64,000 nucleotides of DNA from Acidobacteriota bacterium. Its GTDB lineage: Bacteria > Acidobacteriota > UBA6911 > RPQK01 > JAJDTT01. Below the pieces are notes generated by a model. The model made no database searches, was not told the DNA's origin, and was given only the letters and a program-made list of their open reading frames with translations. The position numbers and the translations under genes are program-made. Below, in pieces: positions 43,920 to 54,398 of this stretch (the first letter of the stretch is position 1; every line of letters begins with the position of its first letter). The stretch covers positions 2,720,001-2,784,000 of the forward strand of contig OZ253580.1 of NCBI GenBank assembly GCA_965263035.1, in the 5' to 3' direction.

Positions 43920-45020
43920 TCAGGAATTGACCAGCCTCAACTCCCCCGGCGCAACCCTGGCTTGGTGCTGGATGTGACGCCGCATTTCCTCAAAGTAGTG
44001 GGCCGCGATCTGACCGGCGAGAAAGGTCCAGATGCCGGCCACGGAAACGCGCAAGATGTGCTTATTCCCCGGGAACCGGCGCAGCAACCGGTCTCCCCCC
44101 TCCCGCACCAGGGCTCCGGTAGCCAGCAGCGGCAGTAGTTCCCTGGCGCGGCTCCGATTCAGCGGATAGCCGAAGGCTCTGGCGATCTTCAGGATCATGG
44201 CGGTCTGAATGGCGCTGAGGGGCAGCATGTCGCTGATGGGAATGGGAACGGCGGCCACCAAAGCGGCGGAGAAGGCCGCCTGGGTCACGATGGAATTGCA
44301 GATGGTTCGGCGGAACCCGGGCAGGCTTCGCGTCAGCGGGTAGAGGGCCTTGGGGAGGGCCGAGACGATCGATTTCAGGAGCCGCTCCAGTCTCTCCGGC
44401 TGGACCACGGAAGCCGGGAACACAGCGGTGCCCAGAACGCTTCTGGCCGAACGGACCATTCGGCTCGGCTGCTGGACCAGATCCATCTTGCTCAGGACCA
44501 CCAGCAGCGGCGTTCCGTAGTCCTTTAGCCGCTCCAAGAGGCGCCGAGTAGAGAGAGTGGCTTCGAAGCGGCCGTCCAGAACCAGGAGAATGAAATCAGC
44601 CTCCTGCAGATCCCGAGTCACGTCCGACGTCCTGTATCCGACGAACTCTTCCAGTCCCTGGATGCCGACGGAACGAAAAATGGGCCGGTCCACTTCGTCC
44701 TGATCCCGGGTAAGAGCCCGAATCAGTGCCGCCTTCCCCGATTGGGGCATCCCCACCACGCTGATCTGCAACTCCTCCTCCGACTGGATCTCCCGCCACT
44801 GTCCGCGAACCACCTCCAGAACCTTCTGCATGTTGTCCCCCTGGCGCGGGAGGGTGTCCATGACGGTCTTGAGGCGATACTTGATGTCATCCGGGAGGAG
44901 GAAAGCCAATTGGTCCAGGAAGTCGAGGACCGGTTCGGGAGCCCAGCCCCTGATGCTTCGGAAAATGTCGTCTGACGTCAGATAAGGTCCGGGAGCAGCC
45001 GCTGCCGAAGACTCAGCCAT
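43920..45020 (-). CDS. GTPase-like domain + DUF697-like protein
   Basis: VVGMPQSGKA, ADFILLVLDG, SKMD; AAVPIPISD...IQTAMILKIARAFG. Confidence 0.75.
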   Translation of the reverse strand: MAESSAAAAPGPYLTSDDIFRSIRGWAPEPVLDFLDQLAFLLPDDIKYRLKTVMDTLPRQGDNMQKVLEVVRGQWREIQSEEELQISVVGMPQSGKAALIRALTRDQDEVDRPIFRSVGIQGLEEFVGYRTSDVTRDLQEADFILLVLDGRFEATLSTRRLLERLKDYGTPLLVVLSKMDLVQQPSRMVRSARSVLGTAVFPASVVQPERLERLLKSIVSALPKALYPLTRSLPGFRRTICNSIVTQAAFSAALVAAVPIPISDMLPLSAIQTAMILKIARAFGYPLNRSRARELLPLLATGALVREGGDRLLRRFPGNKHILRVSVAGIWTFLAGQIAAHYFEEMRRHIQHQARVAPGELRLVNS

Positions 45021-45040
45021 GAGTCAATTGTAGCTTCTGA

Positions 45041-45247
45041 AGAACAGAGGACAAAGAAAAGAGAAAAAGAGGAAAGAGTGAAGAAAGGCGCGTAGTTTAC
45101 GCGTAGCGGGCACCTCTACCGAAAACGATCTGGTTAAGGATTCTGGAGCCGGATTGGTTCGGAGGCTTGTTTCTTCCATGAATCCTCCGGAGCCCAGCCG
45201 GTGAGGGAGCTTTCCTCTTTCCTCTTTCCTCTTTCCTCTTTCCTCTC
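45041..45247 (-). repeat. Heptamer-bracketed element X1
   Basis: Purine arm, ~140-bp core nearly identical (inverted) to 56992-57131, then (CTTTCCT)x5 at 45210-45244. Confidence 0.85.
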
Positions 45248-45262
45248 CCAGGTGATCGGAGC

Positions 45263-47548
45263 TCACATCAGGTTCACCGGATCCACATCTATGGAGACCT
45301 TTTTCAGGTTGACCCCTTTCCGGGAGAGATCCTCCCGGCTTGAACGGACGATTCCCAGGGCTTCCGACCGGCGGACGGCCTTGATCAGAATCTGGAAACG
45401 GTATTCCCCCTTGATCCGTTCCAGTGGAGCCGGAGCCGGCCCCAGAATGCGGAGCCGCTGCTGTGCGGAGATTCGCTTCCGGTGCGCCAACAGCCTCCGG
45501 CCGACCCTGCTGGCCAGGTCCAGGGTCGATTTTCGGTCCCGGCCCTGAACCAACAGGCTGACCAGGGCCGAGAACGGTGGATATTGGAACCGGCGGCGGA
45601 ACTCGATTTCCTCCTGAAAGAACAGAAGGTAGTCCTGCCGGCGAGCCGCCTTGAGACTGTAATGGTTGGGGTAATAGGTCTGGATGACGACGCGGCCGGC
45701 CCGCTCCCCTCGTCCGGCCCGGCCCGCGACCTGAGTCAGGAGTTGGAAGGTCCGTTCGGCGGCCCGGAAGTCGGGCAACCTCAAGCCCTGGTCCGCGCTC
45801 AGGACGCCGACCAGCGTGACGCCGGGGAAATCGTGCCCCTTGGCGATCATCTGCGTGCCCACCAGAATATCGATCCGCCTCCGGCGAAAGTCCGACAGAA
45901 TCTGTTGCAGGCGTCCTTTGCGCCGAACCGTATCCCGGTCCAGGCGACCCACCCGGGCTTCGGGAAACAGACCCTGAATTGCCTCCTGCACCTTCTCCGT
46001 CCCTTCCCCCAGCAGGTGAATGTACCGTTTGCCGCACTCCCGGCAGCGGGTGGGGAGCGAACGGGTAAACCCGCAATAGTGGCAGAGAAGCCGATTCCGG
46101 TCCCGATGGTAGGTCAGGCTGATGCTGCAGTTCCGGCAGCTCTCGGTGTGCCCACAGCTCCGGCAGAGCAGAGCCGAGGAATAGCCCCGGCGATTGAGCA
46201 ACAGCAGCGCCTGGTCGTTGCAGTCGAGACTTTTCTGGAGCGAGCGCCTGAGTAGATCCGAGAGGATCAAAGCCTTGCCGGTTTTGCGGAACTCCAGACT
46301 CATGTCCACGACCTGGACCTGGGGCAGGGAGCGGTCCAGGACCCTGCGAGGCAGGACCTCCGCCCGCGGACGTCCCCGGTCCCGGGAACCGTGGTAGATC
46401 TCCAACTGCGGTGTGGCGCTACCCAGCACCACCAGAGCCTGCTCCAACTGCCCACGCTTCAGCGCCGTGTCCCGGGCGTGATACCTGGGCATCTCCCCCT
46501 GCTTGTAGGAAGAGTCGTGCTCCTCGTCGACGATGGCGATTCTGAGATCGGGTACGGGAGCGAAAACCGAAGACCGGGTGCCGATCACGACCCGAGCGTT
46601 TCCCTCCCGGATACGCAACCATTGGTCGAATCTCTCACCCTCCGAGAGGCCGCTGTGGAGAATGGCCACCTCCGAACCGAACCAGCCCCGGAACTGATTC
46701 GAGATCTGGGGGGTCAGTCCGATTTCGGGCACCAGCATCAAGGCACTTCCGCCGGATCGAACCACCTGGGAAATGGCGTTGAGATAGACCTCCGTCTTTC
46801 CGCTTCCCGTGATTCCATGGATGAGCATGCTGTGAAAGCCGCGGCTGGACAGCCGCCTTCGGATCTCTTCCAGGACCCTGCTCTGATCCGGATTCAACGA
46901 ATGACGCGTGACCGGTGGGAGTGGGTCCGAATCAGGCCACGGAGAGCGGTAGACGCGCTCCGGTTTCAGCACCAGGGCGCCCCGAGCCGCCAACGCCTTC
47001 AGCGTGCCGTGGCTGGAGCCGGCCTCCCGCACGAACCGGGACACCGGTACCGGGAGTCTCCGGGCGGCCAGCAGCGCCAGAAGCTCCCGTTGCCGCGGCG
47101 TCAGCTCGGGGACACGGGAGGGGTCGATGCTCCAAATCGACATCCTGGTCTTGACCGGCCACGCCCGGGAGACCGACGAGGAAGGCTTCGACAGCAGGCC
47201 TGGGGGAAGCATGCTCTGCAGGACCTCACCCAGGGGAGAGAAATAGTAGCGCGCCACCCATCGACCCAGACTCAGAAGCTGGGCGGAAAGGACGGGATCC
47301 TGATCCAGAACCCGCTCCAGTTCCTTCAACTCCAGGTCGGCAACCGGAGGCGACCCGGCAACCACGATGCCGACCAGCTTCCGGTGGCCGAAGGGGACCA
47401 GGACCCGGGTGCCGGCAACCGGCAGCGTCTCCATCCGATCGGGGACTCGGTAGGTGAACTCCTGGAAGAGAGGGAGAGGTACCGCAACCTGGACGTTCCG
47501 GTCTCGCTCAGGGTCTCGGCCGGACGGGATGGGGAGGTCAGCGGACAT
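45263..47548 (-). CDS. priA: Primosomal protein N' (start approximate)
   Basis: GITGSGKTEVY, VPEIGLTPQ, DEEH, zinc-binding Cys pairs, GTQMIAKGHDF, QVAGRAGR. Confidence 0.97.
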   Translation of the reverse strand: MSADLPIPSGRDPERDRNVQVAVPLPLFQEFTYRVPDRMETLPVAGTRVLVPFGHRKLVGIVVAGSPPVADLELKELERVLDQDPVLSAQLLSLGRWVARYYFSPLGEVLQSMLPPGLLSKPSSSVSRAWPVKTRMSIWSIDPSRVPELTPRQRELLALLAARRLPVPVSRFVREAGSSHGTLKALAARGALVLKPERVYRSPWPDSDPLPPVTRHSLNPDQSRVLEEIRRRLSSRGFHSMLIHGITGSGKTEVYLNAISQVVRSGGSALMLVPEIGLTPQISNQFRGWFGSEVAILHSGLSEGERFDQWLRIREGNARVVIGTRSSVFAPVPDLRIAIVDEEHDSSYKQGEMPRYHARDTALKRGQLEQALVVLGSATPQLEIYHGSRDRGRPRAEVLPRRVLDRSLPQVQVVDMSLEFRKTGKALILSDLLRRSLQKSLDCNDQALLLLNRRGYSSALLCRSCGHTESCRNCSISLTYHRDRNRLLCHYCGFTRSLPTRCRECGKRYIHLLGEGTEKVQEAIQGLFPEARVGRLDRDTVRRKGRLQQILSDFRRRRIDILVGTQMIAKGHDFPGVTLVGVLSADQGLRLPDFRAAERTFQLLTQVAGRAGRGERAGRVVIQTYYPNHYSLKAARRQDYLLFFQEEIEFRRRFQYPPFSALVSLLVQGRDRKSTLDLASRVGRRLLAHRKRISAQQRLRILGPAPAPLERIKGEYRFQILIKAVRRSEALGIVRSSREDLSRKGVNLKKVSIDVDPVNLM

Positions 47549-47632
47549 GAGAAACTCGGGCAAGTGCGAAAAGTCCAGGCCGGTACCGGCCTGGATCCAA
47601 CCAAGACCAATCCCGGGCGGGGATCGAGCAGA

Positions 47633-48292
47633 CTACCGGGGTCCCGGCGTGTAGTAGGAGCTTCCCAATTCGGTCAGCTTGGCCCGGATCGCCTTCATGT
47701 CCTCCCAGACCTGCCGTTTGGCGCTCGGGTTGCGAAGCAGGTAGGAAGGGTGAAACGTGGGAAGCAGAAGACTCCCCTTGTATGGGAAAAACTTGCCCCG
47801 GATTCGGGAAATGGCGGTCTGGGTCTGAAGCAGAGTCTGAGCCGCGTACCTGCCCAGGGCCACGACCAGGACCGGATTGATGGCTTGGATCTGCTGAAAC
47901 AGGAAACCCTCGCACGATTCGACCTCGTCCCTTTCGGGGTTCCGGTTTCCGGGAGGCCGGCACTTGAGGATATTGGCGATGTAGACCTGTTCCCGTTGCA
48001 GGCCGATGGACTCGATGATGCGGGTCAGGAGTTGACCGGCTCGGCCCACGAAGGGAACCCCCTGGGCATCTTCGTCGGCTCCCGGAGCCTCTCCCACGAA
48101 CATGAGGTCGGCTTCGGGGTTCCCGACTCCGAACACGATGTTGCGGCGTCCCCGGTGCAGTTTGCACCTTTTGCAGTCCCCGATCTCCTCACGGATTCCC
48201 TGCAGAGTCGGAAGCCGATTCACGTTCTTCAGGTTGAGATGGGTCACTCCCAGCTCGCCGAAATAGTTCAGTTGATCGACCAGTTCACGCAT
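47633..48292 (-). CDS. Family 4 uracil-DNA glycosylase
   Basis: CKRCKL, GEAPGADED, PFVGRAG, KCRPPGNR, TFHPSYLLR. Confidence 0.95.
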   Translation of the reverse strand: MRELVDQLNYFGELGVTHLNLKNVNRLPTLQGIREEIGDCKRCKLHRGRRNIVFGVGNPEADLMFVGEAPGADEDAQGVPFVGRAGQLLTRIIESIGLQREQVYIANILKCRPPGNRNPERDEVESCEGFLFQQIQAINPVLVVALGRYAAQTLLQTQTAISRIRGKFFPYKGSLLLPTFHPSYLLRNPSAKRQVWEDMKAIRAKLTELGSSYYTPGPR

Positions 48293-48371
48293 GCAGGACG
48301 AACCCTCCGGGAGGTCGTGGGTTCAGTCTACTACGAACTGGTGCCAAAACGGCATCCGGCGGACGGCGGCG

Positions 48372-49262
48372 TCAGATGACTCCGAACTGATCCAGGAGTC
48401 CTTCCCGGTTCCTCCACTCGGGCGCGACACTGACGTGCAGCTCGAGGGCTACCCTGGGAACGTCCAGGAAGCGCTGGATCTCCATGCGGGCCCGCGTCCC
48501 GATGGTCTTGATCATCCGGCCGGCCCGGCCCACGACGATCTTCTTCTGGCTCTCCTTCTCCACCACGATGGAGGCCCGGATCACCACCAGGCCGCTGGCC
48601 CGCCGTCCCTCATCGAACTCCTCCACCAGGACGGCGATGGAATAGGGAAGTTCCTGCCGGGTGCAATCCAACGCCTTCTCCCGGATGAACTCGCCGACCA
48701 GGGATCGCTCCGGTTGGTCCGTCAGGTAATCGGCCGGATACTCGAACTCCCGTTCGGGAAGGTTCTCGGCGATCCGGTCCAGCAGGACCGCCAGGTTGTC
48801 TCCCTTGCGAGCCGAGATGGGAATGATCTCCCGATAACCGTGCTGCCGGTGGTAGAAATCCATCATGGGAAGCAATCGCCCCTTGTTGATGACGTCTACC
48901 TTGTTGAGCAGCAGGATCGCAGGCTGCCGGATCCGACGAATCAGATCCAGGACGTATTTCTCGCCCTTGCCGAAACGCTCAGAGGCATCCACCATGTGGA
49001 GAACCAGGTCCACCGACCTCAGCGCCTCGTAGACTGCGCCCATCATTCTTTCGTTGAGCCGATAGCCGGGGCGATGGACTCCGGGAGTATCCACGAAGAT
49101 GATCTGGGAGCCCGGCCGGGTCAGGACGCCCAGAATCCGGCGTCTCGTGGTCTGAGGCTTTTCGCTGACGATGGAGACCTTGGATCGGATGAGGCGGTTC
49201 AGAAGGCTGGACTTCCCCGAGTTGGGGCGGCCGATCAGGGCGACGAATCCTACCTTGGCCAC
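48372..49262 (-). CDS. era: GTPase Era
   Basis: GRPNSGKSSL, KPQTTR, DTPG, NKVD, ELPYS, KH domain; GTG start after GGAGG. Confidence 0.96.
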   Translation of the reverse strand: MAKVGFVALIGRPNSGKSSLLNRLIRSKVSIVSEKPQTTRRRILGVLTRPGSQIIFVDTPGVHRPGYRLNERMMGAVYEALRSVDLVLHMVDASERFGKGEKYVLDLIRRIRQPAILLLNKVDVINKGRLLPMMDFYHRQHGYREIIPISARKGDNLAVLLDRIAENLPEREFEYPADYLTDQPERSLVGEFIREKALDCTRQELPYSIAVLVEEFDEGRRASGLVVIRASIVVEKESQKKIVVGRAGRMIKTIGTRARMEIQRFLDVPRVALELHVSVAPEWRNREGLLDQFGVI

Positions 49263-49272
49263 AACGCCTCCA

Positions 49273-49430
49273 CAGTCCGTGGTGAAAGTCCCGCGAGCAC
49301 CGAGACCGTTCCTGCGCCCGCCGGACCAGGCGCGATGAGGGAGCATACCGGGAGTATGCGACCGAGGCGCAACGCAGTCCGCCGGGATCCAGGGCCGGTC
49401 GAATGCCGTGACGACTCTTGCCGCGGGCTG
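49273..49430 (+). mobile_element. 159-bp hairpin MITE-like element, copy F
   Basis: Same termini; flanks TCCA/TTCA; between coaBC and era. Confidence 0.9.
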
Positions 49431-49431
49431 T

Positions 49432-50637
49432 TCACGCGACCTGAACCGGGCGGGAGACCAGCAGGTCCTGGATTCGATCCCACAGGAAGGCCGCCACCCG
49501 GGTCTTGCGAAGCAGGGGAGAATTCTCTTCCCCTCCCTCCGGATCCAGCAGCAGCACCTGATTGTAGTCCGACGCGAAGCCTCGATCGGGACGGGAGATG
49601 TCGTTGGCGACGACCAGGTCCAGCCGCTTCCGGCGCAGTTTTTCGAGGGCGTTTCGCCGGAGACTGCCGGACTCGGCGGCGAAGCCCACCAGGAACTGAC
49701 CGGCCCGTTTCTTCTCTCCCAACTCCTTGAGGATGTCCCGAACCGGTCGAAGCTGGAGCGCGCCGAGACTGCCCTCGTCTTTCTTGATCTTCTCCCGATA
49801 CCGGTGGACCGGAGCGAAGTCTCCCACCGCGGCGGCCATGATCACGATCTCCGACCGATCGAAGCGGCCCCCGACGGCGGTGGCCATCTCCTCGGCCGAA
49901 CGGACGGCAATCAGTTCCACTCCTGCCGGCGGGTTCAGATGGGTCGGCCCCGAGACCAAGGTGACGCGAGCGCCCCGATCATGGGCCTCCGCGGCGATGG
50001 CGTATCCCATCTTCCCCGAGGACCGGTTCGAGAGGAAACGGACCGGATCGATGTCTTCGACAGTGGGACCGGCAGTGACGAGCACCCGTTTGCCTTCCAG
50101 TCCCTTCCCTCGGCTGAGGATCCGAAGTGCCCGTTCGACAATGACCTCCGGCGCGGCCAGACGTCCCTCCCCCACTTCTCCACAGGCCAGGTAGCCCGCT
50201 TCCGGCTCCACGACGGAGACTCCGCGCCCGCGCAGAATCTCCAGATTGGTTTGCGTCGCGGGGTGGCGCCACATCTCGACGTTCATGGCGGGAGCCACGA
50301 CGGTGGGAGTGACGGTGGAAATGTAGAGAGTGCTCAGGAAGTCGTCCCCGATGCCGTGGGCGAACTTGGCCAGAGTGTTGGCCGTCGCCGGCGCCACCAG
50401 CAACAGTTCGCTGCTGCGAGCCAAGGCGATATGTTCGATGGCCGTCGAGGAATCCCGGAACAGGCTGTCCACGACACGGTTCCCCGAGAGCTTCTCCAGG
50501 GTCAACGGTCCCAGGAATCTCTTGGCATGCTCGGTCATCACCGGGAGCACCTCACAGCCTCCCTCCTGAAGCAATCTCAAGATAACGGCGGATTTATAGG
50601 CCGCGATGCAGCCGGTGACCCCCAGAACGATCCGCAT
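49432..50637 (-). CDS. coaBC: Bifunctional PPC decarboxylase/synthetase
   Basis: GVTGCIAAYK, APATAN, APAMN, LACGEVGEGR, DPVRFLSNRSSGKMG, VGFAAE. Confidence 0.97.
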   Translation of the reverse strand: MRIVLGVTGCIAAYKSAVILRLLQEGGCEVLPVMTEHAKRFLGPLTLEKLSGNRVVDSLFRDSSTAIEHIALARSSELLLVAPATANTLAKFAHGIGDDFLSTLYISTVTPTVVAPAMNVEMWRHPATQTNLEILRGRGVSVVEPEAGYLACGEVGEGRLAAPEVIVERALRILSRGKGLEGKRVLVTAGPTVEDIDPVRFLSNRSSGKMGYAIAAEAHDRGARVTLVSGPTHLNPPAGVELIAVRSAEEMATAVGGRFDRSEIVIMAAAVGDFAPVHRYREKIKKDEGSLGALQLRPVRDILKELGEKKRAGQFLVGFAAESGSLRRNALEKLRRKRLDLVVANDISRPDRGFASDYNQVLLLDPEGGEENSPLLRKTRVAAFLWDRIQDLLVSRPVQVA

Positions 50638-50644
50638 GGGATAG

Positions 50645-50878
50645 TCAGTATTCTTCGCTGCCGTCGAATTCGGTCTCGACCGCGTCCTCGTCCGCTTCTT
50701 CCAGGATTTCCCAGGTGATGAGTCCCTGTTGCGCTTCCTGAATGGCGATGTGGGCCGGCTTCGGGGACTTCTCGTCGATCATGGGAGGATAGCCGTTCTG
50801 AAGTTGCTTGGCCCTCGCGGCCGCGACCAGAATAAATCGAAACTTGCTGTCGTACTCGTCAGGAATGTTTATGATCAT
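50645..50878 (-). CDS. rpoZ: RNA polymerase subunit omega
   Basis: DSKFRFILVAAARAKQLQNG; between gmk and coaBC. Confidence 0.92.
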   Translation of the reverse strand: MIINIPDEYDSKFRFILVAAARAKQLQNGYPPMIDEKSPKPAHIAIQEAQQGLITWEILEEADEDAVETEFDGSEEY

Positions 50879-51501
50879 TGGGCCTCCTTGAATGTTCCTA
50901 TCACCTCTTGGATCCGCCTGGTGTTCCGAACCAAGCCGCCGGAATCGGATCCATGGAAACCGACCGCCGACTTCAACTCCAGCAAGGCGTCCTTGAGGGA
51001 ATCGTTTATTATAGCGTACCGGTACCGTTCGTAGGCGCAAACTTCTTCGGCCGCTCGCTCCATGCGCCTCCGGATGACCGCCAGGCGGTCCTGCCCCCTG
51101 TCGGTCAGGCGGCGCTCCAGTTCCTTCCGCGAAGGCGGCAGGATCAGGATCGTCAGCGCGTCCGGGACCTGCTTCATGATCTGACGAGCCCCTTGAACGT
51201 CGATGTCCAGCAACACGTCCTGTCCCGAACCGAGACATTCTCTGACCCACGCGCGGGCCGTGCCGTAATAGTGGCCGTGCACCCGAGCGTGCTCCAGGAA
51301 CCGATCGCGGGCCACCATGTCGAGAAACTCAGGTTCGGAGACGAAGAAATATTCGACGCCGTGACGCTCGCCTTGCCGGGGTTGCCGCGTGGTATGGCTG
51401 ACGGAGAAACGGATGCCTTCGACCTGCTCGACCAAGGCCCGGCCCAGGCTCGTCTTCCCGGCTCCCGAGGGGCCGCTCATAACGATCAATCTGCCTGCCA
51501 T
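50875..51501 (-). CDS. gmk: Guanylate kinase
   Basis: SGPSGAGK, SVSHTTR, HGHYYGT, DIDVQGA, PPS. Confidence 0.97.
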   Translation of the reverse strand: MAGRLIVMSGPSGAGKTSLGRALVEQVEGIRFSVSHTTRQPRQGERHGVEYFFVSEPEFLDMVARDRFLEHARVHGHYYGTARAWVRECLGSGQDVLLDIDVQGARQIMKQVPDALTILILPPSRKELERRLTDRGQDRLAVIRRRMERAAEEVCAYERYRYAIINDSLKDALLELKSAVGFHGSDSGGLVRNTRRIQEVIGTFKEAQ

Positions 51502-51560
51502 GCCGCGCGTATCCCCTCCGATATTCTCGACGATCGGCCGGGTCTCCGGACACCGGACCG

Positions 51561-52433
51561 CTATTCTATATTCTGTACTTGTTCCCGGATCTTCTCGATC
51601 TCGCCCTTCGCCTCCAGGGCCAAGTTCGAGACCTGGGGCAGAGCGCTCTTGGCCAGGATGGTCGTCACTTCCCGGTTCATTTCCTGACACAGGAAATCCA
51701 GATTCTTTCCCCGGGGTTCGGATCCCGGCGCCAGGAGTTGATCGGAGAAACGAACCAGATGGCTGCTCATGCGGGTGATCTCCTCGGAGATCTCCGCCCG
51801 GGCGGCGTAGTACGCGATCTCTTCGGCCAGGCGCCCCGGGTCCGGAGCAAAGGAGAGGTTCATCTCATCCAGCCGCTTCTTCAACTTGGCGCGAGCCTGC
51901 TCGAACACCTCCGGCGCGTGTCCTCCGATATCCTTCACCGTCCCTTCGAGGGTCTGGATCCTCGCCGTCAGGTCCTCGAACAATCGCGCTCCCTCGGCCC
52001 GGCGGGCGTCCACAACCTGATCCAGGGCCTCCCCGGCCACTGCCAGCAGATCATCGGAGAAGGGGCGGATCTCGTCCGCCGGCTGGTTGGCAACCAGCAT
52101 GCCGGACAGCCGCAAACAGGTCGCCGCGTCCAGCTCTCCGCCGACTCCCAGGGACCGGAGATGCTCCACGATCATCAGATAGTTCTTCACCAGTTCATCG
52201 TCGATCCGGTAGCGGCTCTGAGATTTCCAGGCGATCTCCAGGGTCAGGTCCACTCGTCCCCGGCTCAGCTTTTCCCGGACCAGCTGGCGCAATCGAGCTT
52301 CCAGGAACCTGGCTCCGTGCGGGAGTCTCAGCTTCAGGTCCAGGTATCGGCTGTTGAGGGTCCGGACTTCCACCGAGACGTCCATGGTCTCGAAGGCCGC
52401 CTCGGCTTGTCCAAAACCGGTCATGCTGTACAT
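51561..52433 (-). CDS. yicC: YicC/YloC family endoribonuclease
   Basis: MYSMTGFG, NSRYLD, SEEITR, LDFLCQEMNRE, EKIREQVQNIE. Confidence 0.95.
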   Translation of the reverse strand: MYSMTGFGQAEAAFETMDVSVEVRTLNSRYLDLKLRLPHGARFLEARLRQLVREKLSRGRVDLTLEIAWKSQSRYRIDDELVKNYLMIVEHLRSLGVGGELDAATCLRLSGMLVANQPADEIRPFSDDLLAVAGEALDQVVDARRAEGARLFEDLTARIQTLEGTVKDIGGHAPEVFEQARAKLKKRLDEMNLSFAPDPGRLAEEIAYYAARAEISEEITRMSSHLVRFSDQLLAPGSEPRGKNLDFLCQEMNREVTTILAKSALPQVSNLALEAKGEIEKIREQVQNIE

Positions 52434-52453
52434 GGATCCTCCGATGGTTTCAT

Positions 52454-52613
52454 CAGTCCGTGGTGAAAATCGCGCGAGCACCGAGACCGGTCCTGCGCCC
52501 GCCGGACCAGGCGCTTCGGAGGGAGCATACCGGGAGTATGTGAGCCGATAGCAACGCAGTCCGCGCACGATGCAGGGACGGTCGAATGCCGTGACGACTT
52601 TTGCCACGGGCTG
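52454..52613 (+). mobile_element. 159-bp hairpin MITE-like element, copy G
   Basis: Same termini; perfect 4-bp direct repeat TCAT/TCAT. Confidence 0.92.
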
Positions 52614-54398
52614 TCATGCTTGCGGTTCCAACTGCAGCCGGTGCAGCCTGCGGTAAGAGGCGGAACGCTCCAACAGTGTATCGTGGTCTCCCACGTCCAC
52701 AATCCGCCCCTCCTCCATGAGTGCGATCCGATCCGCCAGGAGCACCGTCGACAAACGGTGAGCGATGACCAGGGCGGTCCTCTCCCGGAGGAGGTTCAGA
52801 AGTGCCTCCTGGACCAGCCGCTCCGACTCGGCGTCCAGGGCCGAGGTCGCCTCGTCCAGAATCAGGATCGAGGCATCCTTGACGAGCGCACGGGCAATGG
52901 CGACCCGCTGGCGCTGCCCCCCGGAGAGTCGAGCTCCCCGCTCGCCGATACGGGTTTCGTAGCCGGCGGGCAAGGTTTCGATAAAGTCATGGATGAATGC
53001 CATACGGGCCGCTCTTCTGACCTGGGCATCATCGCAGTCGGGGCGTCCGTACGCGATATTGTTTCGGATCGTGTCGTCGAACAGAAAGGTCTCCTGAGGG
53101 ACGAGGGCGATCTGCCGCCGCAGGGAACGGAGGGACGCCGTCCGGATGTCCGTACCGTCAATGGAGATCCGGCCCGAAGAAGGGTCATGGAAACGGGGAA
53201 GAAGGCTGGCCAGCGTACTCTTGCCGGCTCCGCTGGTCCCCACCAGTGCCAGGATCTCTCCGCGGGCCAGGTTCAGATTGATCTGACGGAGCACGGGAAC
53301 GTCGCCCTGCTCGTAGCGGAACGACACCTTCTCGAAGGCAATGGAGCGGGCGACCGGGTCGATTTCAATGGCCGCGGGGATGTCCGTCACGCCGACTCGA
53401 GAACCCAGCAAGTCGAAGATCCGGCTGGACGATGCGAACGCCTGTTGGAAGTGCAAGTGCATTCTGGAGAGCTTTCTGACCGGCTCATAGAGGCGAAACA
53501 GGGCCGCCAGGAAAACCACCAGGACCCCGATTCCCAGTCCTTCCTGAACCTGCCGGTTGGCGTAGAACAGGAAAGGCACGAAGGAAGCATACCCGAGGAA
53601 CTCGACCATGGGCGACGCCAGGGCCGAGAGCCGGGCCCCCTTGAGATTGGCGTCGACCAGATCTCCGATGGAACGGCGAAAGCGTTTCTTCTCGTAGTTC
53701 TCCATTCCGAACGCCTGGACGATCTTTTGACCAGCCAATGTCTCCTGCAACAATTGGGAAAGACGGGCCAGATTTTCCTGGCTCTCGTGGCTGACCCCCC
53801 GCATCTTCCGTCCCAGGCGTGCCGCCAATCCCAGCACCACCGGAGCCATGAGCAACGCCAGCAGGGACAACTGCCAATTGATGTAGAAGATCAGTCCCAG
53901 AAAGAACAACAAGAGGAAGACCTGACGCAGGAAATCAGTCAGGGACTTGCTGGCCGCTTCCAGCAATCGTTCCGTGTCGTTGAGCACCCGGGACATGAGC
54001 TGTCCGGTGGGTTGATCCGAGAAGAAGGCGGCGGACTGGTGAAGCAGGCGCCCGTAGAGGCGATTTCTCAAGAGAGCCACCACGTTCTGTCCACAGTAGC
54101 TCATGAGGTATTCGGCAAAATAGAGCAGGAACGCCTTGAGCAGGGACAACCCGACCAGGAGAAAGGCGATTCGGCGGAGGCTGCCCTCTCCCAGTCCCAT
54201 ATATTCCTGCAGAAAATCGAACTTGGTCTGGACCGCCCCAATCGTCTCTCCGGCGGGAGCCAACTGGTCGAAGATCGGCTTCAGGAGCACCGTGATGAAA
54301 CCGTCCAAGCCGCCGCTGACGAACAACAGCAGAAAGCCCAGCAGGAGCCAATGGGCCGTCGGCAGGATGTAGGGAATCAGCTTTCGCAGGTCCGACAC
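52614..54398 (-). CDS. msbA: ABC exporter permease/ATPase, MsbA-like
   Basis: TMD plus [26 protein letters not shown]; heads the block that includes kds genes. Confidence 0.8.
   Translation of the reverse strand: MSDLRKLIPYILPTAHWLLLGFLLLFVSGGLDGFITVLLKPIFDQLAPAGETIGAVQTKFDFLQEYMGLGEGSLRRIAFLLVGLSLLKAFLLYFAEYLMSYCGQNVVALLRNRLYGRLLHQSAAFFSDQPTGQLMSRVLNDTERLLEAASKSLTDFLRQVFLLLFFLGLIFYINWQLSLLALLMAPVVLGLAARLGRKMRGVSHESQENLARLSQLLQETLAGQKIVQAFGMENYEKKRFRRSIGDLVDANLKGARLSALASPMVEFLGYASFVPFLFYANRQVQEGLGIGVLVVFLAALFRLYEPVRKLSRMHLHFQQAFASSSRIFDLLGSRVGVTDIPAAIEIDPVARSIAFEKVSFRYEQGDVPVLRQINLNLARGEILALVGTSGAGKSTLASLLPRFHDPSSGRISIDGTDIRTASLRSLRRQIALVPQETFLFDDTIRNNIAYGRPDCDDAQVRRAARMAFIHDFIETLPAGYETRIGERGARLSGGQRQRVAIARALVKDASILILDEATSALDAESERLVQEALLNLLRERTALVIAHRLSTVLLADRIALMEEGRIVDVGDHDTLLERSASYRRLHRLQLEPQA

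Noticed and set aside
51561-52607. Extended N-termini of yicC and era predicted from starts inside the repeat
   Set aside because: Canonical starts with GGAGG exist downstream (52433 and 49262); the extensions are repeat read-through.
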